Shown here: piece by piece, positions 13,560 through 24,612 of the stretch
Position numbering within the stretch: position 1 is the first letter of the stretch
Layout: each line of letters begins with the position of its first letter
Source: Mesotaenium endlicherianum
Lineage: Eukaryota
Assembly: GCA_009602735.1 (NCBI GenBank)
Contig: WELA01003305.1
Coordinates: 790,233 to 844,840 of the forward strand
Length of the DNA stretch: 54,608 nucleotides
Direction: 5' to 3'
Program-made: the position numbers and the translations under genes
The notes under the pieces: model-generated
The model's input: only the letters and a program-made list of their open reading frames with translations
Databases searched by the model: none
What the model was told of the DNA's origin: nothing

Positions 13560-15474
13560 TTCTCCATAACTCCACAGTGCTTTGAGCTTTTCTTGCGAAA
13601 ATTTTCACGGCTTTGCGCGTACTAGGCTTGGTTTGGCGCACCTGATCAATCTCATCCTTGTCCAAGGTGATTTGAAAGGTCCGTGAAAACTTTCCAACAT
13701 TTCGTGTGACCAAACGGTCATGATTTTCCCGCTTTGTGGTGGGTGCAGCAATTGCCTTTATGGCTGCTGCCTTTGTGCCTTTGCAAATAAGTTTTACTGC
13801 AATGTCAGCATCATAATATGCTGTAACGATCCGCCACATGGCCGATTGCGACGCGTGCAACACGTCGCGTGGAGCGACCAAATGTGACCGAAAAGTGTTG
13901 GTTCGAAGTGTATAAGTACAATTGGCGCGCAATCGCAGTACCTCGAGTTACCTTTTTGTTCGTATCGCTACAATGGTATCGGAGCGCGAACGTACGCAAC
14001 CGTGTCCAGGAGACGAGGGTTTAAATTCCGCGGGGTGCGAAACTCGTCGATGGTACGACCGTACGGCGATCTTTGGATTGTACGAAGAAAGGACACTATT
14101 CCGAAATAATGTCCCTCGCGCCGCCGCGGCATAAGTGCCCGGGACGTGCGCAATTGTAGGTGGAAGGAGTGTAACAAACCGCCACGTGGCCGGTTGCGGC
14201 GCGTGCGACACGTCGCGTGGAGTGACCGAATGTGACCGAAAAGTGTCGGTTTGAATTGTATAAGTACAATTGGCGCGCGATCGTAGTACCTCGAGTTACC
14301 TTTTTGTTCGTATCGCTACATATACTCCTGGGACGCTCTTTTTTGGCGGATTGAGCTTTCAACTTTGCAAGCTCTGCGCTCATAGCCTCATATTTCTAGT
14401 TACTCTTGCGTTGACCAGAGTTATCCTTTTCTTTCTTATTACCTTTATCTGCCTCTTGCATGGCAACATTGGCCTATCGAGGCTTTAGATGTAAATTTTT
14501 GGACTAGCTTTCGTCCTGCAATTGACCTTTCTTGTTGCAGTGGACACAAACTTATGGTTCGCTTGCAAGTTGCAACCAATTGCTTGGCATGAGAATAAGC
14601 GCAATCCCCCTTTTGATGTCCTTGCTTATCACAATTCCAACGGCCTTTTACAGGGTCTGCTACGTTAGCTTGCTTGGCAACCTTGTTGAAATACTTGTTT
14701 CTCTTCTTGCATTGTAATTTAGAGTTGGCGGCCTTAGGCAAAAAAAATTCCTCCTTTTTGTCAGACGCCATTAGCGTCCTGGAAGTCTCTTTGTACCAAA
14801 CTTTACGTTTCTTGACATATTCTGTTATTTAGCAGCTTCATTAACCAGTTAATTCCTCGTCCTGTTGACAGGTGTAGCCTCACCTCTCAGTTTGTCTCCT
14901 TGTCCAAGGACAACAAAAATTTGTCAGTCACAATTAGGCTCATAAGTTCTTGCCTTTTGAGCAAGATCTTCCAGCGTGGACTTTACTTCCATCCCAGTTT
15001 CTTTCTTGCGACGTGCACAATGTACATTGCAATGCACCTTAAAACTACGATCCTCAAGAGCAAGTGCTTCAAGCAACTTAAAGAATCAACGTAAGTAATG
15101 ATTAAGATTAAGCTGCTCATCTCCAACTCCCATATTCTTCTGATAACCAGCCAATGCTTCCGTATGACGGATCTTTGACGTAGCACTTCTACCAGCAGGA
15201 ATTCCTACAGGTCGCCTCTGTGCCAAATCTTTGACGTGTTGCAATATGTTTGAGAGATGTGCGTACACTTTCCAATTTCTTTTTAAATTCTGCAACATTT
15301 TCATCAGCCGCGGCCCTTCTCTAGTCAATTTCAAGCTGTCTAGCTGTCTCAACGCCTCATCCAACCCGTTAGCCAGTGCAATCACATCTATATCTGTAAC
15401 ATGTATAGGTTGCACAGCTCTGCCTGATGATAGAATGGCTAGCTTGGCTTTTGCAGTCTTTTCTGGGGTTCAAG
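13560..15474 (-). pseudogene. Decayed gag-like region, probably the upstream part of the DNMT-carrying retroelement, split by the TRIM and element A
   Basis: Minus-strand ORF remnants include a degenerate zinc knuckle (R)WNCDKQGHQKGDC at 14601-14642. They lie on the same strand as, and upstream of, the protease at ~7410 once element A is removed. Confidence 0.55.
13822..14320 (+). mobile_element. TRIM (terminal-repeat retrotransposon in miniature), 499 bp
   Basis: Two 151-bp LTRs (13822-13972 and 14170-14320, TGTAAC...GCTACA), PBS TGGTATCGGAGC at 13974-13985, PPT GTAGGTGGAAGGAG before LTR2, and near-perfect 5-bp TSD TATGC/TATAC. Confidence 0.93.
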
Positions 15475-16472
15475 TGAAATGAATCTTTCTTATTCAAAAT
15501 TAATATATTTCGTTCAAATATATAAGATCAAAGATAGGTGAAAGCGTGTAAAATCAGGGAGCGATCTTTGCCCTTAAAATGAATTTCGTTTTCTCATCTA
15601 TACCCCTTGACTCACTTACCGTAGTGAGCCATCGTTGCACAATAACTCAAGGCACAAGAAAGAGGCAAACTTGAGGACTAAAGCTTCTCCTTTAGAAACT
15701 TATGGCCTCTTGCCTACCAAGCACACAACTATATAGAAGCACATACACAACACCAGAGGGCTGAATAGCAAAGGCGCTCTCATTCAGATGACCATAATGT
15801 AGCTAAAATATATCCCATTGACTTAGGTGCAAAACCATGGAATCTGTCCGCAACGTGACTCCAAAATGCCAGGAGGCAGAACTCTATCAAAATTTCTTCA
15901 AAGTGAGCAAACTCAACGGCAACAGGCGCATCTTGACGAGACCTTTTTGAAATATTTTAGTTTGTTCCATTTGAAGCACAGACAAAGAAGCCATGTCAAT
16001 TTTTGTGAAAGTTGGTCATAATAACGAATCCAAAAGTGCACACATCACCTGCAAGTAGAAATCCGACTCTAAAGCCTACTGTCTAGAATGAGGGACCACG
16101 AGATCCCACCCTGCTATGTACCCAGTGACCACCTGGTTGACCACGGCGCAAGGTGCGCCGTTTCGTGGGAAACCCGTTAAGTTGGGACTCACTAACCTAG
16201 GCATAACAACCATATTAATTGGTCGATTGACTGAAGTCCAAACTGTTTAATTGACTGACGACAGCTCCGCCTGCCCAGGAGTTAACCACACTGGTAGGAC
16301 ATCGGTGTACCAAATCTCAGTCGACCTCCCGACTTTCAGTATACTACGGATACATGTGCTAATCTACAAATAATTATGAATATATCTCTCCTCGACGTAC
16401 TAAGTCCAAGTATGCTGACTATTATTCTACGAGCTTACTATATATGAACCTACTGATATTATGGCCTATATA
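15475..16472 (-). mobile_element. Family C LTR (solo or partial), truncated and fused to the 5' LTR of element B
   Basis: Starts TGAAATGAATC. 15475-16042 aligns to 27655-28222; ~16265-16425 resembles the element G LTR (CCGCCTGCCCAGGAGTTAACCAC...GGTAGGAC). Confidence 0.8.
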
Positions 16473-16801
16473 TACACTTAAAAATTTCCGTAGCTTCCTC
16501 CTGGAGAGGAGCACTTAGGCAGAAAACTATAAATAGGCATAACTTCTTTGTTTCTCATCAGTTTTCACTTCCGTAAGTTTCTACGCGTTTGCAATGACGA
16601 CCTTTCATCCTACTTTATTTGTGAGCAATTTCTTGCCACTCAAAATGTTGAGTAATTTTCCTAAGCTTTCTTAGTGATATGCCGCTGCACTCTTTAGTAT
16701 GATTGCAACTAGTTCCTTTCCTCGTGAGTTACTACGCTTCCACTAGGGCACTTTGCCCCTTTCACTTGGTATCGGAGCTGGGCTAGTTTGCATATTATAT
16801 T

Positions 16802-17834
16802 ATGGAGTCGCAGTCAGCCGCTGGAGGAGGCGAACATGTCGAGCATGTTGGGCGCGTGGAGCAGCAGACAGCACCAACAATGACCAGAGAGCAACAAGAG
16901 ATGCAGACGATGCTAAGGCAAATGGTGAATGCAATTGGAGGAGAAGTCTACGCCCAGTTTCAACAAAATATGCGCGCAGAGGTGGAGAGAATGGTGCGAC
17001 TTGTTGTTGGGAATGCCGCTTTGACGAGCTCGGCACCTGCACCTGTTGTACCACCAATTCATGTTAACCCAGTGGTGCAACCAGTTATTCCACCCGCATC
17101 GGGAGTGCGTGCGCCTGAGCCTGAAGTGTATATTGGAGAGCGTGGAGCGCCGCCTGTTCATCAATGGATTTCTTGGAGTGAAGAAGTTTATGGAGTATTC
17201 TGCGCTCACGCCTGACAGGCAAGTCGCGTTTGTAATTACTTTGCTGAAGAAGAGTGCTGGAGCTTGGTATGAAGGAGAAGAGCAGCAGTCTGGAGTTCCT
17301 GCTACTGTTGATCAGCTATTTGAAGGCTTGAAGAGGAAATTTCAACCTATTGCACCCGAGGCTACTGCTCGAGATCTATTGGTGCGCCTTCGTCAACGAG
17401 GAAGCGTTCAAGAATATGTATCGCGCTTCAACGAGCTAGTGCCTCAATGTCCATCCATGCACGAGTCAGAGATGATGGACAAGTTTAAGAGGGGACTCAA
17501 GCCAACTGTGGCCAAGGAAGTGGCGCTCAAGGACCCTACCAGTCTTGGAGAAATGATGGCATTGGCAACAAGGGTCGACGTTGTGGAGTATAGTCAGAGG
17601 CAGTGGGGCAGCCACAACTTTGGAGGATATGGACACTTTGGATCTCAAGCGCCAAGCACGAGTGGACAAGGTCCAATACCTATGGAATTGGGGCTTATTC
17701 AGAACCAGCACAGGCAGCAGAATTTCAAGCCGAGAGGACCCTGCTATAATTGCGGCAAGTTTGGACATCTGGCTCGAGACTGTCGTGTGAAGGCGAAGCA
17801 ACCTCAACAACAGGAAAAAGGAGGACGCCAGTAA
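16802..17834 (+). pseudogene. gag: Element B gag (frameshift near 17170)
   Basis: ORFs 16802-17215 and 17046-17834; PIPMELG motif and CYNCGKFGHLARDC knuckle. Confidence 0.9.
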
Positions 17835-20800
17835 GTCGTTCTAGGGTGTCTACTGGCGTGAAGAAGGAAACTCACAAGGAGGTTATCCCCAGGAGCCTGC
17901 CGAGAAGCAAAGGACGAGACGTTGACAAGCCTATCATCGTGGAAGGAGTCGTCAACGGCAACAAGGCGAAGTGTATGGTCGACAGTGGCGCAAGTGCAAA
18001 CTTTGTGCACAAGAAGCTGGTGAAAGAGTGGCAAATCCCTGTTCAAAAGCATTATGAGCCTAAGGAGGCAATTTTGGCAAATGGGCAGAGACTCAAGTGT
18101 GGTGCACCTACGGAAGCTATTCACGTGGAAGTAGCGGGGCACCGGAGTAAGGAAGTTATGGAGCAGGCGCAATTGGGTCACCATGAGGTGATATTAAGCC
18201 GACCATGGCTAAGGAAGCCAACCCTCAAGTGCACGGGAGCACAGGACAAATGAAGGTCCAAGGGCGTTATGGTCGAATGGAGACAGCGAAACAGGTGGAG
18301 GAAGATACGACCACAAGTAACTGTCTTCTGTCGAGCCTGCAAGTTAAGAAGCTATGCAGGGCGAATCAGGTGAAGGAGATGTACCTTGTTTCGGTGGCCC
18401 TGGCCAGGTCATCAGATGGAGCAAGCGTGAATCCTAACAGCCTGAACGAATGTACATCGCCGGAGGAGCAAGTAGTGGTGTCTGATCCCCTTGCTCAGAA
18501 AGAGCAGAGCCCAACTGCTCAAGAGAAGAAGCCTGCTGAGATGCCTGCCCAAATTAAGGCGCTGTTAGAGGAGTTCAAGTGTGTTTTTCCTGAGGAGCTA
18601 CCTGTAGGATTACCTCCACAGAGAGCTATGGAACACAAGATCGAGTTGGAACCAGGGAGCAAGCCACCAATGAGACCACCCAATCGACAATCATTCGCGG
18701 ACTTGGATGAGTTGAAGAAGCAGCTGACGAAATTATTGGAGAAGGGATTCATTTGGCCCAGCGAGTCTCCATTTGCAGCGCCAGTCTTATTTGTGAAGAA
18801 GAAGGATGGGACTATGAGGATGTGTGTCGACTATCGGGCACTCAACAAGGTCACCATCAAGGACAGATACCCACTTCCACGAGTGGACGATTAATTGACA
18901 GGCTTGTCGGGGCGAAGTATTTCTCGAAGATCGATTTGAGGAGTGGCTATCACCAGGTACGAATTGTAGAAGGAGACGTTCAGAACACTGCTTTCAAGAC
19001 TCGTTATGGGTTATTCGAGTTCACAGTCATGCCTTTTGGATTGACCAATGCACCTGCTACATTCATGGGACTCATGAACAATATCTTAAGACCCTACTTG
19101 GACCAGTTTATGGAGGTATTTTGGACGCCTCCCTGATCTATTCGAAGACCTTGGAAGAGCATGTGGAGCATCTGAGGAAGGTGTTGGAGGTCTTGAGAGA
19201 TCAGAAACTATATGGGAAGATGAGCAAGTGCGACTTCTGTCTCAAGGAGGTCAAGTTTCTTGGGCACATAGTGGGAGTCGAAGGAGTCAAGATGGAGCAG
19301 AAGAAGGTGCAAGCAGTCCGAGATTGGCCGGTACCTGCTGATATTCATCAACTCAAGCGTTTCCTCGGCATGGCGAATTCTTATCGACGTTTCATTGAAG
19401 GATTTGCCAAGGTGTGTGCACCGCTCACGGACATGTTGAAGAAGCAGGAGAATTGGCTATGGGGTGACAAGGAGCAGCAAGCTTTTGAGAAAATTAAGGA
19501 GCTATTGACACAGGCACCTGTGTTGCCAATTGCGAGTCAAGAGCTTCCTTTCACGATCATCATGGATGCATCAAACTGCGCAGTGAGGGCCATTCTTCTC
19601 CAAGACCACGGCAAAGGATTGCAGTCTGTGGCATATGAGAGCAAGAAGTTGAGTCCTGCTGAGGAAAACTATGCAGCACATGAGCGGGAGATGTTGGCTA
19701 TTATCCAGGCTTTGAGGATTTGGCGATGTTATGTGGACGGCTGGAAGGTGTTCATAAAGACCGACCACAAGAGCTTAGAGAAATTTATGACGCAGCCAAC
19801 GTTGACACCAAGATTGGCAAGGTGGATGGAGTTTCTGCAACAGTTCGACCACAAGATTGAGTATTTACCTGGGAAGATCAACCCTGCAGACGCTTTATCC
19901 AAAAGATGTGACCTTGCAGCTGTCTCAGTCATCAAGGAGAGTATGGACTTCAAGAAGAAGCTTCAGAGAGGTTATGAGGAGGACCCAGAGTTTGCTGATC
20001 GTGGAGCAGCTAAGTCCAACTCGAGTATGCAGAAAAAGGACGGCATATGGTATTATGGTGATTCCAAGAGAGTGGTGGTACCTGACATCAAGGAGCTACG
20101 AGACTTACTACTTGCGCACATCATGATTGCTTGTATGCTGGACACTTTGGAAACGAGAAGACGGCAAGCGTGCTGAAGCGGGAGTACTATTGGAGAAATA
20201 TGGACAAGGACATCGAGGAGTGGATCAGGAGTTGCGATGCGTGCCAGCGTAACAAGACACCAAATCAAAAGAAGGAAGGTACATTGCAGCCTATGCCAAT
20301 CCCAGAGTATCCTTGGGAGGAGATTGCGATGGACTTCATCACGTCGTTACCAGTGAGTGGTCAAGGGCACAATGCAGTTTGGGTTGTGTCTGATCGGCTC
20401 AGCAAGATGGCTCACTTCATTCCCATGAAGAAGACTTGTATGGCAGCAGATGTGGCACGGCTATTCTTTGATCATATTTTCAAGCTATATGGGTTGCCGA
20501 AGGTGATTATTTCAGATCGGGATCCAAGGCTTACTAGCAACTTTTGGCGGTCATTGTTTACTTTGATGGGAACCAAGCTGAGCATGAGCACTTCCTATTA
20601 TCCTCAGACAGACGGGCAGAGTGAGAGGCTCAACAGAACTCTGCAAGAGGTGCTCAGGAGTTTCACTATGGAGGACCCTTCAGAGTAGGACAAGAAGCTG
20701 CCAGGGTTGGAATTTGCCTACAACAACAGCATGCAGGGATCCACCAAGCAGTCACCACTCGCTATGGTTTATGGGAGAGAAGTATATCATCCTGGGAACA

Positions 20801-21430
20801 TCTTGTTGGAGAAGGCCAAGGAGACTCAGGTTCCTACTACACAAGCGTTTATGGAGCAGATGGCCAAGACTTGGGATATGGCGAAGACGTGTATTTGGAA
20901 TGCACAAGAAGAGCAGGTCAAGCATGCTAATAAGCATTGGAGGGAAGTGACATTCCATGTGGGTGACAAAGTACTCTTGTCAACAGAGAACCTACCTTTC
21001 ACGGGCAAGAGGAAATTGCGGACACGGCTTACAGGTCCCTTTGTGGTGCTCAAGCAGGTTTAATCCAGTGACCTACAAGTTGGAACTTCCTTCAGGCTGG
21101 CGTATCCATGATGTGTTCCATGTCAGTTGTTTGCGGCCATACGTTGACCCGAACGAGGGACATCCAGGACGACTACCTACACCGCCACCACCGGTCGAGA
21201 TCGATGATGTATTGGAGTATGAAGTGGAGGCGATCGTCGGCGATCGACGAGTCAAGCGAGGTCAACGACTTGTTCAAGAGTATCTGGTCAAGTGGAAAGG
21301 CTACCATGCGGACGACAACACTTGGGAGCCAGAGGCCAACTTGACTCATTGTAAGAGTAAGTTGAGACGTTATGTAAAGAATGCGTCGAGGACGTCGCAC
21401 CTTGAGGAGGGGGATGATGTAAGGTCATAG
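17815..21430 (+). pseudogene. pol: Element B pol (PR-RT-RH-INT-chromodomain), multiple frameshifts and stops
   Basis: The same motifs as element A, spread over ORFs 17750, 18205, 18753, 19121, 20131, 20707 and 20957. Confidence 0.95.
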
Positions 21431-22161
21431 GTTTATAAAGTGCATTTTTGATTTTCATGTATGTATATTTTTCTTGTATAGAAGTCTACAGTGCATTTTT
21501 GTGGTCATTTTGATATAAAGTTCATCGAATTTGGTTAAGTATTGAGAGAGTTATGGATTTCCGAAGTTTAATTAGTTTTGAGGTCGATTGACGACTGTCC
21601 TTAATTCGCCTTGAGCGCGACCGTCAAATTGACCGACAGCGTCGAGCGATCTGGCCCGTTCGAGTGAACTCAAACCTTCACGTAAGTTTGGCTGACGCAG
21701 AGTGCCGACTAGGTCAATTTACCTAGAAGTTTCGATTTAGCCTAGCGCGCCTAAGATAGAATATTTCAGTAATGTCGATGCATGTATGTGGACGTCAATT
21801 CGGCCCGACACGTCAGATGAGACTGATCTGGCCTATTCACGAATATTCTGGAAGGGAAGATTTGACAAACACTTAGAAAATTCCGTAGCTTCCTCCTGGA
21901 AAGGAGCACTTAGGCAGAAAACTGTAAATAGGCATCACTTCTTTGTTTCTTATCAATTTTCACTTCTGTAAATTTCTACGGGTTTGTAATGACAAGACCT
22001 TTTATCCTACTTCATTTGTGAGAAGTTTCTTGCTACTCAAAATATTGAGTAATTTTCCTAAGCTTTCTTAGTGATATGCTGCTGCACTCTTTAGTATGAT
22101 TGCAACTAGTTCCTTTCCTCGTGAGTTACTACGCTTCCACTAGGGCACTCTGCCCCTTTCA

Positions 22162-22468
22162 GCACACACCTCCTGAAAGAAAATCAGATTCTGATGCCAC
22201 TTTTGCACCTCAACCTCCTACTATCTCTAAGCTAGCTAAACAAGCTGCTATACAAGTCATGAGAGAGGCAAGAGCTAAGGTTGCAGATGAAGTGAGGCAA
22301 GTGCTTGAACACAGAGAAGAGGAAGACAGGTTGATTGCGCAACAAGAGAAAGGGCATGCTCTAGCAATGCAAGCGTTGGTAAGAGTTGGCAAGAACTTGT
22401 CATCAAAAGAGCTTATGAAGAGAGCGCGCGAGGTAGTTGCCAACAGGAGAAAGACTCAAGCTATTTAG
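22162..22468 (+). pseudogene. C-terminal fragment of an unknown helical protein, convergent with the Transib/RAG1-like transposase and cut by element B
   Basis: Open frame ...ISKLAKQAAIQVMREARAKVADEVRQVLEHREEEDRL...RRKTQAI* followed by a T-rich 3' region. Confidence 0.45.
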
Positions 22469-22609
22469 GTGAGCTGCATATATACATGTTGTACTTTGAT
22501 TTAATTATTTTTTTCCTACACTAAGCATGTATTCTAGCTTCTCTACTTCTCCAGCTGTTTCTTCTATGTTTGTTGGATCAGATCTTGTTACAACTGGTGC
22601 TAGCTGTCG

Positions 22610-24071
22610 TCAATTAAACACCACCTTCTTCCTCTTTTGCCTTTCATTTTTACTCAATGGTAGCTCTATAATGGTTAATAGAGCTCTCTTCCCACTCTCT
22701 TGATGTGTTGTCTTGTCTTTTCTCCCTTTACTATACACTCGTCCTGTATCATCAACCATCACCTTCCTCTTGTTGGTCTTTGCTGATTTCCTCCATTGAT
22801 GCAATACCTCTATACCTTCTCCACTGAGTTAATCTACGTCCCCATGCCTCCTGGTCATATTCCCTATGTGGCACTTGAATATGTGTATGTACTCAGTAAT
22901 GTGGTCTGTTGCGCAAGCTACTACAAACTTGTCCTCAAAGTCTTCTGCAAGGGCCTCCACAAGAGAAGTTTTAGCTTCTCTCTCGTCGCCTGTGTCTAGT
23001 GCAGATATTGGCTCCGTAAGGGCAGCCAAGCACACTCCATAAGCATCCCATGCTTCTAACACGGCTTGTAGCTGTTCTGCATCATCAGGCTGGTTACAAA
23101 AGACACACTCTACCAGCTCTACAAAGTGCTCGAGGAGGCGGTGGCGCTCCCATCCATGAAGCTTGGCTTGGCTGCCCTATTTCTCTTCTCCCCTTTCTTC
23201 AAGGCCTTCACAGCCTCCTTAGGTATTGATGCCTTCACCTTCTCATTCAAGAGCTTGCAGAATTCATCCTCTTTGGCTTGCCTCGGTGGTAAGAATGCAT
23301 GCAAAGTTCTCTCATGAAGTGTAGCTGAGATTCTCAAGTTCAAGTGCAGTACGCACACAACACAGTCATTAGGAGGTATGTTAAACAATGGTGGCTTCTT
23401 GTGTCTCTGTCCCTGGTGCTGGAGCTGGTAATTCAATCTGGCCTTAGTGCTATCCTTCTCTGGCTTGCCCCATGTCGTCTTTTTGATGTACTTGTCCAGG
23501 TCTGACAATCTTCCGAAATGTTTTGAGCGATGTGGACACATCATCGGCAACTTGCCCAAGTCAGGAGCATGAGCTGCACCCTTCATCCCCTCCAAGGTGC
23601 GAAGGGCACCGCGGTGACACCTGTCGTGGATGTTCTTCGACGTGCAGAGGCACCATAAGCACGGGTATATTGAGCTTGCTCAAGTCAGCCCAAACAAGCT
23701 GTTTCTAAATTTGTAATCGCCATCCTAATAGAATTTGACTCTGATTAGGTCCTCTTCTACATGCAGGCCTGCTGTACTGACAGTGCCCATTTTCTCCAGC
23801 AGCCTTGAAGACACTTCTTGTATGCTATTGTAGTCACCCTGACCTTCAAAGCATACGAGGGTGCAGGTATTAGCTGCTAAGTTTGTCATGCCCAAGCTGT
23901 CCTTTGTTATACTTTTGACAGCTATTGTAGTCTAGTCCACTCCCCTGTGTAGTGCTCCAGCATCTCTCATGATCTGCACCCTTACTACTCTGCCTGGTTA
24001 GAGCTGCAATTGTACTATGCATTGTCTTTAAGTCTCTTGCAATGACAAGGTCACTGTCAGCCCATCTGCAC
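22610..24071 (-). pseudogene. Transib/RAG1-core-like DDE transposase, catalytic part (stops and frameshifts)
   Basis: VRVQIMRDAG (D1, ~23956-23970); NTCTLVCFEGQGDYNSIQE; VKFY*DGDYKFRNSLFGLT*ASSIYPCLWC (D2 plus CxxC); PLFNIPPNDCVVCVLHLNLRI; ITEYIHIFKCHIGNMTRRHGDVD*LSGEGIE (HxxxxH plus catalytic E, ~22808-22822). These are collinear with the RAG1 core motifs. Confidence 0.85.
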
Positions 24072-24612
24072 TGTAGTCATTTGAGTTCTAATATATTAGT
24101 TTGCAAATTATTTAATGCTTTTGAATATATTTGGAGTAGTATTGTGTGGAGTCAAGTGTGAATAGATACTCTAGTGACTTGATTCATGTTCTTTGAACCT
24201 TCTAAGGCATTTTCAAAGTTAGAGGAAGGACCTAGAAGAACTCCATGTGGCAAAAGTCAAATGTGCCGTTTTTAGGTCAAAAGGACATGTGTACATTATT
24301 CTAGAAAGAGGTGGCAAGTTTTGGGATGTGTTGGGTGCCAACACATCAACATGCACCTTCCTAGAAATTACTTATGTAGCAAGTATATAAACAAGAGCTA
24401 GAACATAGAATGACATTCCAGAATCACTCTCGTACGTGCCAAAATTCCAGAAATATATTAACTTTCAAGAAGCCATCTCTCTTTCAAGAAGCTACCACTT
24501 GTGTTTAAAGATCCTTGTCTTGAATAGATAAAGTATTCTGTTTTACTAAGTTCTTTATCTATCTGTTTCACTACAGTGGTATCGGAGCTAGGCACTTTGG
24601 TAGCACAAGAAG

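Larger units (their letters stand above)
16473..22161 (+). mobile_element. Element B: same chromovirus family as A, in opposite orientation; partial 5' LTR ~16473-16764, 3' LTR 21418-22161
   Basis: PBS at 16767-16778; PPT ends at 21417; 3' LTR TGTAAGG...CCCTTTCA; TATA-like CTATAAAT at ~16527. Confidence 0.95.

Noticed and set aside
13573..13579. CACAGTG, an RSS-heptamer or Transib TIR-like sequence
   Set aside because: A single 7-mer inside a gag-like remnant, with no nonamer or partner TIR found; expected by chance in 54 kb.
16038..16042. GCACA matching the 5 bp after element B, as a possible TSD
   Set aside because: It is not followed by TG or by B-type LTR sequence and lies within a family C LTR.
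16545..16575. CTGATGAG on the minus strand of the B LTR as a possible hammerhead ribozyme (retrozyme)
   Set aside because: No stem II or GAAA core follows, and the other LTR copies read CTGATAAG or TTGATAAG.
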